Shown in pieces: positions 13,331-27,582 of a stretch of 64,000 nucleotides of DNA. The notes under the pieces were generated by a model that was not told where the DNA came from, ran no database searches, and saw nothing but the letters and a program-made list of their open reading frames with translations. The first letter of the stretch is position 1. The number at the start of each line of letters is the position of its first letter. The stretch comes from Eledone cirrhosa (lineage: Eukaryota). Location of the stretch: contig OZ024741.1 in assembly GCA_964016885.1 (NCBI GenBank), forward strand, positions 17,050,001-17,114,000, written 5' to 3'. The position numbers were made by a program, and so were the translations under genes.

Positions 13331-13614
13331 ATTTTGAACTGTTTTCATGAATGTTAATTTTTATTGTGATATCTTGGTGAAGGATTTATGTATTACTTGT
13401 TCTTAACATTATTTTGAGTTGATTATATCAGCATTTTAATAAACTCTGATGACACCCGTGGTATATTCACTAATCGCGAATTATTAAATAAAATAATTCA
13501 CTAGAGGTAACGTAACCAGGATAGAAACAATTGTCAGTATATAAATGTCTACCTTAGTTCTTTGGTTTATATAAATATATCTGTATATATAATATATATA
13601 TATATATAATACAA

Positions 13615-13760
13615 AAAAACGAAAAATCAGTGATGCATCTAGACTCATTTTATTGCATGTTACAATTGTTTCGCCGGCAGATAGCTCGAGACATGATCAT
13701 TGTATGGATCTGCCTGATTCTATAACTGCGGGTTCTTCGGACACATGCAATGCTTTCGGA
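13615..13760 (-). mobile_element. pLTR-like family D with long-stem-II hammerhead-like fold
   Basis: The minus strand reads tgt-CCGAAGA-(~62 nt)-GAAA-caattg-TA-aca. A homologue at 27265-27490 has its own short inverted arm. Confidence 0.55.
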
Positions 13761-14036
13761 ACAAATTTTCTCATTGGGGTGTTAGCTTAAAAAAACCCCT
13801 TCAAAAAACATCTTCCACTCTTGTCTTGCCATTGGCTGTTGTTTTTCTACGTCATCATAAATTCTGGTCAATATTTGCTGCCACACTGGTCATCAGCTAC
13901 TCTCCGTCCGACACACTTCAATGGACTCATGCTGGGTTTGGTATCTCACAAGTCCGCTCACACTCGCGAATATATACCCACACACATATAAATACACATA
14001 CACATACACGCATATACACGCATATTATATATATAT

Positions 14037-14108
<72 letters not shown>

Positions 14109-14304
14109 GCTTCTACAAGACTAGAACTGTTTCATACGAATGCAACAGTTCTAGTCCTGTAGAAGTCATTTCCATATATAATAAAGATGCCTATACTCTA
14201 CCAATGTATATAGTACATTTTTAAACCGTGGTTACCTTCCGTAATAATTCGGAAACCTACACACACGCACACATATTTATATACAGGTGTATGTGTGTAT
14301 GTGT

Positions 14305-14415
<111 letters not shown>

Positions 14416-14741
14416 ATAAACTCAAATAGTCTTTTAAAATTAAATAGCACAAAGAAAGGAATATTTCAGAGCCGTGTAATACAAATGAATATATGAGAGG
14501 GATAAACACTGATACAAGTATACATCTGTTCGCATTGCAAATGACCAAGTTAGCTTGATTGAAAAATACTAATTAAAATAATACGGTTTGCCTGTTTCGA
14601 TTTAAAATAATAAATCAATAAAAATAAACCTATATTGGCAAAATATATATATTATACGTCTTACGTGTGCACGTATGTGAATTCAGTAAATCTGATGATA
14701 TGAAAGATTGCTTCTCATGTAATACACACACACATACGCAA

Positions 14742-14779
<38 letters not shown>

Positions 14780-15157
14780 GTGTGTGTGTGTGTGTCTATG
14801 TGTGCACGCGCACATGTATATATGTTGTATGTGCATGCGCAATTGTATGTGTATGTGTGAGTATGAGTGCATGTGTATATATGTGAATGTGTGTGTATGT
14901 GTGTGTAATAAATGATAATGAGGTTAACTGTCAGTTGTATTTCACATGTCTTTAAAGGTCCTTTAAGTTCCTTACATTGGTAGTTAACATTTCAACTGAT
15001 AAGAGTGAGGTGTAACCCCGAGAACACCTGAACACTCAATGATGACCTGACAGCCCTGTTTCTTATAGCGACCCCTTGGAGAGTAGAATATAAGTGTATT
15101 CCCACAGCACACATTGTCTCTGGTGTGTGTAGACACTATATATGTATATATATAATA

Positions 15158-15336
15158 ATTGTTTCTACTATTGGCACAAGGCCAGAAATTACCCAGTACA
15201 TTACTGGTACTTTATTTTATCGACCCCGTAAGGATGAAAGGCAAAGTTAACCTCGGCGGGATTTGAACTCAGAATGGCAAGGGCCGTAACTCTATGCGTC
15301 AAAGCATGGCGTCCGACCCTCTACCGATACTGCCAG
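15158..15336 (-). mobile_element. Young short-form Deu/Nin-domain SINE
   Basis: Nearly identical to 30976-31163 and 57876-58070. Confidence 0.85.
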
Positions 15337-15416
15337 TGAAGACTAAAATCCAAAGAGGGCTCGATAGGGATAAATATAGATCAAATATATAAGAACCCTA
15401 GAGCAAATATTTATTT

Positions 15417-15586
<170 letters not shown>

Positions 15587-15756
15587 TATATATATATATA
15601 GAGAGAGAGAGATGCGACAAAAACCACACACCCTCCATCTCAATTGTACTTTTGAAAAGCATAAGAACTGTGAAACCAGTAAAGAAACCAAATAAATATT
15701 CTTAAAAAGACTCCAGTTGCATTTTCGATTTCATCATTTCTCTCTCACTCACTCTC

Positions 15757-15838
<82 letters not shown>

Positions 15839-16905
15839 GAGAGAGAGTGTGTGTGTATGTGTACATTTATATACGTAAATAAGAATGTTATTGTTCCACT
15901 CAGTCTACTAACCGTTAGTAAACACCCTAAACCCCAAACTGTACTCATGACTCCTAACAAACCAAACCGCTACCCTCCGTCCAAATTTGGTAAATCAAAC
16001 TATGAAACGCGGACCACCCATCCTCCCAAACTCGATGTAACCGGACCACAACAGCCACCTAATGGGGAGACAGACGTTATCAAGCTACAGCTCTCATATT
16101 ACGTAGTTTCTATATAATAAAACCAAAGTTATTATCTGCAGCGACTATGACCCCATTAAATAATATGCCGTGCTCCACCTCCTCACGTTGTTTGTTGACT
16201 CGAAACCCTTAAACTATCCACTATACTCGTTTTAATTATTAGACTACGGCCATGCTGTGGCACTATCTTGTGATCATATCGACCCCAGTACTTATTTTTA
16301 TCGATCTGTATCATTTCGGACCGCTTACTTACGGAACAAAAAAAAAAACTACCTGCAACCGTAAACACATCACTGTCATCATCATCATGACTAGCACCAC
16401 CGCCGCCATCACCATCATCATCATCGCTACCAGCAGTAACCACAACTACCGCCACCACAACCACCACCACCACCTACAACTACCACTACCATTACCACAA
16501 CCACCATAGCCACCAGAACCACTACAACTCACCACAACCACTACCCCGTCCCCACCCTCACAGCACCATAGCTACCACACCACCATACCCACCACAACCA
16601 CCACCACCTACCACCACTACCACAACCCTCACCACCACTACCTACCGCCACTACCACAACACTCACCCCACCACCTACCACCACTACCACAACCCTCACT
16701 CTCACCCCCACCACCTACCACCACTACCACAACACTCACCCCCACCACTACCACCACTACCACAACACTCACCACTACACCCCCCCCTCACACCACCATA
16801 GCCACCACAACCACCATAAGAACAACATTCATTATGTTGTCTTAGTTAGCAGGTGGTGGTGTTTGAATACGTACAACTTGTTACTTGGTGGCTGACTGTG
16901 TGTGG

Positions 16906-16965
<60 letters not shown>

Positions 16966-17766
16966 TGTTTCTTTTATTTGCCACCAGGGCATCAAAAGTG
17001 GGACAAATACAATGGGGGGAGTTTACAAAACAAGGCGTCCTCAATAAGGAGGAGGCAATAACAATATATAAAAATAAAATAAAATATAACAAAAAATAAA
17101 ATGTATAACAAAGTCCTCAATAGAGAGGAGGCGCCTTGGGGGGTCGTACACACCCCCCCAAAAAGTATGCAACCCTTTTCCTCGGGAGCACAGAGAAGGG
17201 GTGCTCCCTTGGTCTTTCATCTTCCTCACCTATAGTCTGATGTAGAGTGAAGGCCCATTCACACGGGCCATTCTCGCCACTTTCACCCATCTTTCATAAA
17301 AACGGCTGGGATGCAGCACCTCTCTCTCCATCCTGATCCTTCTTCCGAAATGATATCGGAAGAAACGGACCAGTTGTTGGCCAGAGAGAAAGGTGCCTGA
17401 CCTCAGTCCTTTCAGACGCGTCCACCATACAACCTCTTTCGCCATGGCTATTACGCACAGAAACACCGCCTCTGCTTCATCTTTGAAGGGGGGAGGCAGC
17501 TTGATCATTACAATAGACTCGGTGGTCAACCGGATCGGTCCCACCCTTGACAGCAGTTGTTCGACATAGCCCCACAGATCGGCAATGTCCGAGCAGTGTA
17601 CCAATGCGTGTGCAACGGTTTCCTCGTCGCACACGCATCTGGGACAGATCTTTTTCGAGGGGTCCCTACCCGGGCGCCCGTGTCTGTAGAGCCTTTCTCG
17701 AACGAGCAGAGCCCTTCTGTAGCATTGCCAGGGACCTCTGGAAGTTATCCATGGGTCCCGGGCTGG

Positions 17767-17767
<1 letters not shown>
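16966..17767 (-). mobile_element. Tx1-clade non-LTR retrotransposon, 5'-truncated copy A
   Basis: Encodes the ORF2 C-terminal zinc finger (CPRC...ETVAHALVHC) and stops at 17230. The 3'UTR is homologous to 47585-47815. (GATA)n on both sides. Confidence 0.9.
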
Positions 17768-17816
<49 letters not shown>

Positions 17817-17817
<1 letters not shown>

Positions 17818-20370
17818 TTCTTTATTAGCCACAAGGGCGCAACAAGAAAGGGGACAATACAAAGACATGCCGGGGATTTTACATACAGTCGTGTAAAAAA
17901 TATAAAAACAAACAATTTCAACAATCGAAATCCCCAATAGGGGGGAGGCGCCACAAATGGGTTGTTTAATACCCCGTCGATAGAACAACCCTCAACTCAA
18001 GGAGCGTGTTGTGCAAGTGCTCCTTTCTTCCTTTTGCTCTCTTCCTCAACCTACAGGCTTATAAACAGAGAAGGCCCAATCACTCGGGCCATTTTCGCTT
18101 CATTCACCCACCTTTCAGTAAATTTACTGGGGTGCAGTGCCTCTCTCTCCACCCTGATTCTCCTTCTAAAGTGATACTTAAAGAATGGAATCAATTGTTG
18201 TCCGGAGAGAAAGGCATCTGTCCTCAGTCCTCTCAACCTCGTCCACCATATAACTTCTTTCACCATAGCCACCGTACAGAGGAAAACCACCTCTCTTTCG
18301 TTTTTGAAAGAGTCTGGCGGTTTGATCCTTACTATGGACTCGGCAGTCAACTGTATTTGTCCCATACGCGACAGCAGTTGTTCTGCATAGTTCCACAGGT
18401 CGCTTACGCCCGGGCAGTGTACAATTGCGTGCAGAACTGTTTCAATGTCCTGCGCACATCTTGGACACGTCCTCTTGGAAGGATCCCTGCCAGGGCGTCC
18501 GTGCCTGTAGATCTTGTCACGAACCGGTAGAGCTCCTCGGTAGCACTGCCAGGCCAGGGACCTCTGGAAGTTGTCCATAGGTCCCGGGCGGAAAGTCCTA
18601 CCAAACATACTGGTGAGCTCATCGTCTTCGACGCCCAGAGTCTCTCCGAGCACGTCGTCGCCCTTGTAACGTACAATCCCTCTATAGAATGTCGAAGTGG
18701 AGTATCCACTGATTGCTGCGCCCGCTTGCCAGAGGACTGTGAGCGCCTGAGCGCATTCAATGTGCCAGGCGCCCATCGTTTTCGGTCTTTTCTTCACCCA
18801 GGACTGCAGCTCCGTTAGCGAGACGAGCTGTGGGAAAGCCTGTCTCACAAACGGTGCCCACACCGGTTGGGGGTCGGTGAGGAATACCTGGAGATGCCGC
18901 AGCCTCAGCGCATGTTTGCGCATCATCAGCCACGGCATTCCCAGCCCTCCGTTGGAAGGGTGCTGACAGCAGACGGATCTCCTCACCAGCGGAGCCTGCT
19001 TCTTCCACAGAAACTGGAAGAGCATGCGTTCCATCTTGGCGAGGTGTTCACGGGGACAAGGTACGACAGTCAAGCGGTAGTAGATGACGGACGCTATGAA
19101 AGTGTTCGCCACCTCCGCTCGACCTTTCAAGGACAGTTTGCACTCTGCCCACTTCTGAGTGAGTGCAAACACCTTGGCCGTGACCTCGTTCCAGTTTTTC
19201 TCCACCTGGAGGTCTGGACCGAATCAGACCCCGAGCAATTTCACCGGTCCGTCCGTCCAGCGTCCAACGACGCTGTCGGATGTCATCGGTTTGCCTCTCC
19301 ATGTACCGAGTTGCAAACCGACAGACTTATCTGGGTTTAGTTTTGCTCCCGTCAGCGTTTCGTATTTTTTCAGTATGTTGCCGATCACCCCGATTTCCGA
19401 GGTGCTCGACACCATTACCGTCATGTCGTCGGCATAAGCCGACGCCGCTTTGCGCAGTCCCGGTTCTAGGGGGATGCCCTGCAACAGCTCCAATTTCCGC
19501 AGTAGTGGCTCTAGAGTCAATACATACAGAATGGAGGAGAGAGGGCATCCCTGTCGAATGGAACGCGTGATTGCGAACGGCTCCGATAGGTAGCCGTTCA
19601 CCTTGACCCTCGAGCAGATGCTGGTGTGCATCGCCTCGATCCATCCTCTGAACACGGGACCGAAACCGGCCGCCATGAGAACCGCTTCCAAGTATCGATG
19701 GTCGACCCTATCGAATGCCTTAGACTGATCCAAGTTGATCAGAGCCCCACCGAAGCCGGGTTTACTACCCACCCTCTCTATGATGTATCGCATGAGGTGG
19801 AGGTTGTCGTGTATGGACCTGGTCGGGATTGCACACGTTTGCGCTTTCCCTACCAGGTTCTCGACGACAAGCGCCAACCTCGTCGCTAGCACCTTGGCCA
19901 AAATCTTTAACTCTGTGTTGAGCAGAGTTATGGGCCTGAAGTTGTTAATTTCGTCCCCCTTGTTCTCGTCTTTCCTGATCAGCATTACTACGCCCTTGCC
20001 TGCAGAACTGGGAATTCTCCCGTTCTGCTGCCAATTGCAGTAGACGGCTTCGAGGACGCCAGAGAACAAGTCCGGCATGCCTATGTAAAATTCGTAGGGT
20101 AGACCATCTAGACCGGGTGACTTGCGTTTCCCGCAGCGGCCCAGAGCGTCCCGTATCTCAGTGTCCGTGATCGGTCTTTCGCAGAACTCGGCGTCCGTGT
20201 TCGAGAGACGCGGCAGGCCGTCGAGGTATGAACTAAAGTCCATTGCCCCGTTCGGCTCACCGTCGTTCTGCTCAAACAGTCGCGCAAAGTGCCGCTGAAA
20301 GGCCGCGCACATTTGCTTGGGGTCAAGTAGCACGCGTCCGTTTTGGTCTTTCAAAGACCGAATCGTGGAT
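17817..20370 (-). mobile_element. Tx1-clade non-LTR retrotransposon, 5'-truncated copy B
   Basis: Contains RT (QGCPLS, YADD) and the C-terminal CCHC finger; (GATA)n on both sides. Confidence 0.93.
18051..20370 (-). pseudogene. Tx1 ORF2 (RT plus zinc finger), 5'-truncated, one in-frame stop
   Basis: ORFs 19224-20393 and 18051-19205 are in frame and split by a TGA where copy C has TGG (VKLLGV*FGPD). Motifs KSPGLDG, FRPITLLN, DQSKAFDRV, YADD. Confidence 0.92.
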
Positions 20371-20484
20371 GATAGATAGATAGATAGAAACACAGTTAGG
20401 TAGATAGATATATTGATAGATAGTTAAATATATATATATGTGTGTGTGTGTGTGAGAGAGAGAGAGAGTGTGTGTGGTGTGTGT

Positions 20485-20515
<31 letters not shown>

Positions 20516-20522
20516 TGAGTGA

Positions 20523-20575
<53 letters not shown>

Positions 20576-20863
20576 TGTGTGTGTGTGTGTGTGTGATGTG
20601 GAGAAGGGCAGAAGCTAGGGAGTGGGGTGAGTGCAATAGTTGTTCCTTGTGAAGTCAGGAAGAGATGAGAGGGAAAACCTCTGTTAAAGCTGTCCTCAAA
20701 ACTAATCTAATTCTTTAACGACACACTACTTTCAGGGGTTTAAAAATAACTCGTACACACATACACACATGTATGTATGTGTCTATGTGTATGTGTATGT
20801 ATGTATGTATGTATATATGTGTGTATGTATGTATGTAAAGTATGTATGTTAGTATGACGTGAA

Positions 20864-20900
<37 letters not shown>

Positions 20901-21296
20901 CCTAAATGAGTACATATATGTGTGTGTCCGTGTAAATAGAGAAAAGAAAGGACCACACACACATGAACTCATGAGCACTCACACACTCTCACACACACAC
21001 ACACACGCTAAACCCCCCCCCCCCACTTACAGAGACACACGTACACAGTCAGTATGACAGTGCGAACTAACGAAATGGTATGCCACTGTAGATGGAGGAA
21101 TTTCTGGAGTTTTGTTGCTGTAATCACAGCAAGATGATGAATAGCATACATCAAAGCACTTCTTTAGTTTACCTACACTTAGTGTATATATATATATATA
21201 TATATATATACGATATATATATATATATATATGTGTGTGTATGTATATATGTGTATGTATATAAGTCTATATATACACATATATACTTACATACAT

Positions 21297-21404
<108 letters not shown>

Positions 21405-22142
21405 ATATATATGTGTAAATATATATATATATATATATATATACATTCACACAGAGAGATAACAGGAAGGATAAAGGCAAAGGAAAGATAAAAAGACCCA
21501 TATATATATATTTATTTTACTGTTTTAGTGAGGGAGAGAATGATAGTGCCCTTGACCCTTTCCATGGCCTCCCAAATTGATGCTAAGTGGGAATGGAAGA
21601 AGGTATTGTCTTCTACTAAAGGTACCCATATGTTGTTGTTACACCAGACGACGAGTCTATCGCCCAAGTAGTCCACAGAACTATTTACATTCATAATGTA
21701 AAGGAACGAAACAAATGCTGTAAAGCATCCTGTCTGACACTCCAACAACTCCACCGATCCACTGCAACGGATGTCTCTAGATCTGGTCTTTGAAATCAAA
21801 TTCTTCAAACTATAACATCAACTGGAAGATCTTTGAAGAATCAATGTGTTATATACAAATGTTAGTAAAAGATATGAACTCTGCATATAGGAGAACACAC
21901 TGATTCTTAAAAAAAATCGCTAGAACCAAATCTATATTAAGAAGCTAAGTCTGAGGATTTGGGAAAATATATGCATGTTGTAAAATTTATTTTGACGAGC
22001 TGGACACCGATGCCTCGATCGCATATATGTCTATCTGTGTGTTTAACTGGCCCAACATTTCATAAGGGGGGCATACAACCTCCTTAATTTATCAGTCACA
22101 GCCCTTTGATCAAATCACTATTTGAAATATGTGCGTCTCAAA

Positions 22143-22435
22143 GTAAACGGGTCCTATCAGAAGCAGCCGTTTCCAACTGATCCGGTTGGATTCCCAAGCT
22201 AGACCAGCCAAGCTCATGGATGTTATCTAACCGTCTTGATCGGAATCTACCTCTTGGTCGCATGTCGGTTGGTTTTGGTCCAGTGTTTCTTTCCTGAGAT
22301 ATTCTAACCACATTTCCATAGTATCGCAGCTGTGATCTTTCAATTCAGAGAAGTAGTGGCTCTACCTGGAGTGACTCTCTCATCTCCGAGCTATGCATTT
22401 TATCGACTTACATTACTCCAAGAACCATTCGGAGG
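22143..22435 (-). mobile_element. Degenerate RTE-clade LINE ORF C-terminus (Expander/Rex3-like)
   Basis: Manual minus-strand translation: LRMVLGV*..MRESLQVEPLLL*IERSQLRYYGNVVR..RPRGRFRSR..LGWSSLGI, typical of RTE C-termini. Confidence 0.75.
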
Positions 22436-23473
22436 AACCCCATTTCTGCCACTTGTATTCGCGATCGTATTCTAGGGTAAAATAAATAGATATATATCTA
22501 TCACAATAGCACGAAGTACTTCATGCAAGTCTAGTACTGCAACATCGTACCACTAACTACTTACTGGGGTTAAACAGTAACACAGTATATCTCTATGGAA
22601 TTCTATATTGAGGTGGCGAAGATCGAACAGCTTCATGAGGGGAGTCAACAATAGTTCAATACGATCAGTGTCTTAACGATCATCAAATCACCCAATAAAG
22701 ACATCAAAGTTATTGATACATCTCACAAATTAATTATGTTCATCAACAAACATTAATACAGCTAACAATAAACAATAGTACGGTCAGTCGGTAACAACAC
22801 TAAAAATGGTGATATTTACCTAAACCAACGCGAGTTTCACCAACTTATATACTTACAATTTACCTCCTTACTTATAGACATACAAACACATACTTCTACA
22901 CATATATACATAAACACATACATACCTCTTCACATATATACAAACTATATATATACATATACACACACATACGTACAAAATATACATACATATTTGGATG
23001 CATATATATATATATATATATAGGCATTGGTAAAATATAACGTCCGGGAAAGTGAAACTAATTTTTATGACAAGTGAATGTGTTTTTTTTTTTTTTTTTA
23101 CACTGAAAATTACGATACAGTTTGTTTATTTACAACAGGTCTCTATAGTGATATGGTGCTAATTAGTATTGCGTGTGTGATTATTTTCTCTTCTATATAT
23201 ATGTGTGGGTGTGTATATGTGTGTATATATATGTGTGTCTGTATGTATATATATATATATATGTGTGTTTGTATATATATATGTGTTTGTGTCATCATCA
23301 TCGTTTAGATGTTTTTGTAATATCTTGCCAAAGTTGGCACCAACTATAAACAGATTAAGGCGGGGTCATAAAAAGGACAGATAATGATAAGGGATTTGGG
23401 TAAAAACATCTAAACGATGATGATGACACAAACACATATATATATACAAACACACATATATATATACATACAT

Positions 23474-23525
<52 letters not shown>

Positions 23526-23528
<3 letters not shown>

Positions 23529-23753
23529 CAAACGGCACGGACACTCTATCTCAAAATTATTTTTGAAAAGCATTTAGAAATGCGCAACCGGTAAAAACTT
23601 AAAAGCTTAAAACCACAACTGAATACTAACCCATACAATCACTAATACTCTTTTATTCCTAATTAAACCATTTTTCAACTGTGAACAATTTGTCAGCATT
23701 TTCTATTCCGTTTACCAATATATAATAACTTGTGTGTTACACCTCTATTCTTT

Positions 23754-23757
<4 letters not shown>
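23526..23757 (+). mobile_element. Solo 3' pLTR fragment of the Neptune PLE at 59018-61344
   Basis: Nearly identical to 61118-61344, with the same 3' end ctattcttttaac followed by (TA)n. Confidence 0.9.
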
Positions 23758-23787
<30 letters not shown>

Positions 23788-24814
23788 AAATATATAATAT
23801 ATACATATATATAACATATATATATATATATATAAAATATAAAATATATACATATATATATATAGCAAAAGGATGAAGACTAACATGGTCGGCTGTACAA
23901 AAGGATTTATTTACATTATTAACAATTGTTTCATTAGTCCGGTCTGTCTAAAAGTCGCTGATCGTTATCCTATATATATATATATATTGGAAAATGTGTG
24001 TAATCCTTGGTACAGTTAGGTATATTAAGACAGGGGGGAAGAAAAAATGGCTTCACTTGTGCTTTCAACAAATTTATTTTCTTTACAAAATCCAAAAAGA
24101 ATTTTTCTTAAAAAAAATTATTTTATAAATTAAGTTGTTGGTTGTTGGTTAGGTCTTAGGAGTTCTTGGTTAACGTAGGAGGTATTGTTTCGTTTTTAGA
24201 AAGACTTTTCACGCTGAGGTGCGCTTGTCAAACTGATGTGTATGTGGTGTGTTGTTCTATATATAGGGATTTAACATGTCTGTGGTGTGGTGGGGGTTTC
24301 TTTTCTCCCCCTTTAATAAGTGCATGGGTGTAGGTGTGTTGAAAAAGTGTTCATAGCAGTAATGAGTTGAGACGGTGAGTAGGGTTGGGTGGGGAGAAAC
24401 TTAGCAAGTGCGGCCTGCCCCGGTCATTCTCGAAAAATTCCTTTATTCAGGGGAAAAAGCTTTTAGCATCGCTTTTGTGTTGAGAATGGTCACAGGCAAA
24501 TCGCACCTGTCAAGCTTGTGAATAATTATTTTTTTCTTTTTTTCCTGAAGAATCTTTCTACGTCCATCCCAAAGTTAGTCCTTTGTTCAACACACACATA
24601 TATATGTGTGCATATATGTACATACACACACGGGCATATGTAGGAATATATAGGTACACACCATCAATCACACACCCCTGTACAAATACATACACAAAAA
24701 CATATAGAGACACATATAAAAATATATATATATATCGACTTTTCTGTCCCCTTTTCCTTTCCATATAAAGCGTGAAACTAATAAGACTTTTTGTACCTGT
24801 TTTGTCGTTACCCG

Positions 24815-24884
<70 letters not shown>

Positions 24885-26200
24885 CAATAATAATAAATTT
24901 GAAAATTAAAATCCAAAGAGGGCTCGATAAGGATAAATAAAGGGCGAAAGCAGCGATTCTTTGCTTAAACTTCAATCTGTTATTTTAATAAATAAATAAA
25001 TAAATATATATATATACATATATGCATACATACTTACATAGATACATGATAGTTGCCCCTCATTATCGAGTATGGCCATTGCACGAGAAAAAAAAAAAAA
25101 ATATATATATATACACACACATACACATACATATACATATACATACACATATATTAATAACAATAATAATAATAATAACAACAATAATAATAACGACAAC
25201 AACAATAATAATATACAGTATACATATATATATACACACACACGCGCACACGATAGCAACTAACAGCGCTGCGATCGAATGTGGCTTTTTAGCCCAGCCA
25301 ATGATCTAAAATGTCTTGCACAGAGTCGGCAACCAAAACATTCACTGGGAATAGTCGGCTGTGGTTGGAGTTCGTGTACTTTTGCATAGATACATACCTA
25401 CCTACATACATACACACACATATACATACATGCACACACATACACACACATATACATACATACATACATGCATACACAGATACAAACATACATACATACA
25501 TACACACATATATACATATATACATATATACATACCTACATAATGTACGTATTCAGCTGTTTATGTTCAAATTCTCATGTCTATAGTTTCCGGTTAGTCA
25601 CTACCCCTCGATCTATGCAATGTATGCCCCCCCCCCACACTCACACACACGCGCGCGCGCACGCACACACACACACACAGACACACACACACACAAACAC
25701 AAACACACACACACACAAACACATACACACACATACAAACACACACAAACACACACATACACACACACACACACACAAGTGTTTGTATATGTGTTATACA
25801 TATTCTTTTATGTTTGTATATATATATATATATACATATACACACATATATGTGTGTGTGTGTATATATATGTGTGTGTGTATATATATATATGTGTGTA
25901 TATATATATGTGCGTGTGTGTGTGTGTGAGTATATGTGTATATATATTCATGCAGACACACATCGACGTATGTCACACACCCACACACATATGTCAGTAT
26001 GTATGTGAATATGTTATAGATATTTGTTTATGTTGGTATACACACGCACATATACACACAAACACTGACACACACACACATATATATATATATCTACGCA
26101 GACAGACATGGACATATAACTCACATACAAACACAAACACATGCAGACACACATGAACGTATAAAACGCACACAGAAACATCCACACATACAAACACATA

Positions 26201-26293
<93 letters not shown>

Positions 26294-26685
26294 TTACACC
26301 CACACCCACACATTGTTCAACACATCTCCGTGTTTTCATTATGCTAATTTCTTGCTATAAAAACACGGTTGATAAGTGTTTGGTGGCCATCTAAAATACT
26401 CTAGCTCTCACAATATAGGGGGTGGTGTGTAGATAACTGACGATGGCGGCGGGGGTTAAGTGTTTTCAACTACTCGTTAATAGACGCCAACACTAATCTT
26501 CACAGTATGGGGTACACCAACCACCCATGTATCTACCACACTATCAGTTTGTGATTTTAAGAACACGAGATATGTTTAGAGTTGAGGGATTTCTTTACAT
26601 TTGTCTGACGTAATTTTTTGTTTTTAGTACATCGTTAATCGTAAACCGACATCTAAGCATCTCAGATGTGCTTTGGTTTGCCGTG

Positions 26686-26725
<40 letters not shown>

Positions 26726-26744
26726 TATATATTTAATATAGAAA

Positions 26745-26796
26745 GGCATTCTAGAAGACTAGAACTGTTTCATTCGGGAGAAATCATCAGGAAGCC
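26745..26796 (-). ncRNA. Type I hammerhead candidate (family E), slightly mutated
   Basis: ggcttc-CTGATGA-t-ttc-tccc-gaa-t-GAAA-cag..ttc-TA-gaatgcc. Sister copies at 14105-14170 give ttg/ctg-TA-gaagcc, completing stems III and I. Another copy is at ~1450-1500. Confidence 0.55.
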
Positions 26797-27021
26797 GACC
26801 GTCCAAGTAATGTGGTGGTATTTATATATTTTCTGGTGGTAGGAGAGGGTGGAGATTAGGATGGGTGGAGGTCATTGGTTGATGGGTTTAAAGAAAAGGG
26901 AATTCTTTAAAAACTATATTTAGGATAACAAAGGCATATATATATATATATAGTAAAAAATTGAACGGGAACAAAACAGAGAGACAGTACGAACAAAGGT
27001 TTATTAGTTTCACGCTCTTGA

Positions 27022-27057
<36 letters not shown>

Positions 27058-27218
27058 CGAAGGAAATGTGGTAAGGAACCAAGTGGACCATAACGCACCA
27101 AAGTACTCAAGAGTGGGTAATAGGAACGAGTAGGACCCCGACGGCTGAGCTCAAGCCGTCGGGGTCCAGAATTAGCCGTCGAAACGGCTTGAGCTCAGCC
27201 GTCGGGGTCCTACTCGTT

Positions 27219-27268
<50 letters not shown>

Positions 27269-27513
27269 GAAAAATCAGTGATGCATCTTGCTCCGTAATC
27301 ATTAGACGTGTCCGTCGAACCTGCAGATCCAGAATCAGACAGATCCAAACAATGATCGCGTCTCGAGCTGCCCGCCGGCGAAACAATTGTAACACACAAT
27401 AAATTGAGTTCAGATGCATCACTGATTTTTCGTTTTCTATTTATCATACTCTGCTCTGTAAGAGCATAGGGTGCTCAATCGGCATACCGCCTATGGAAGC
27501 ATCTTAGCTACCA

Positions 27514-27580
<67 letters not shown>

Positions 27581-27582
27581 CA

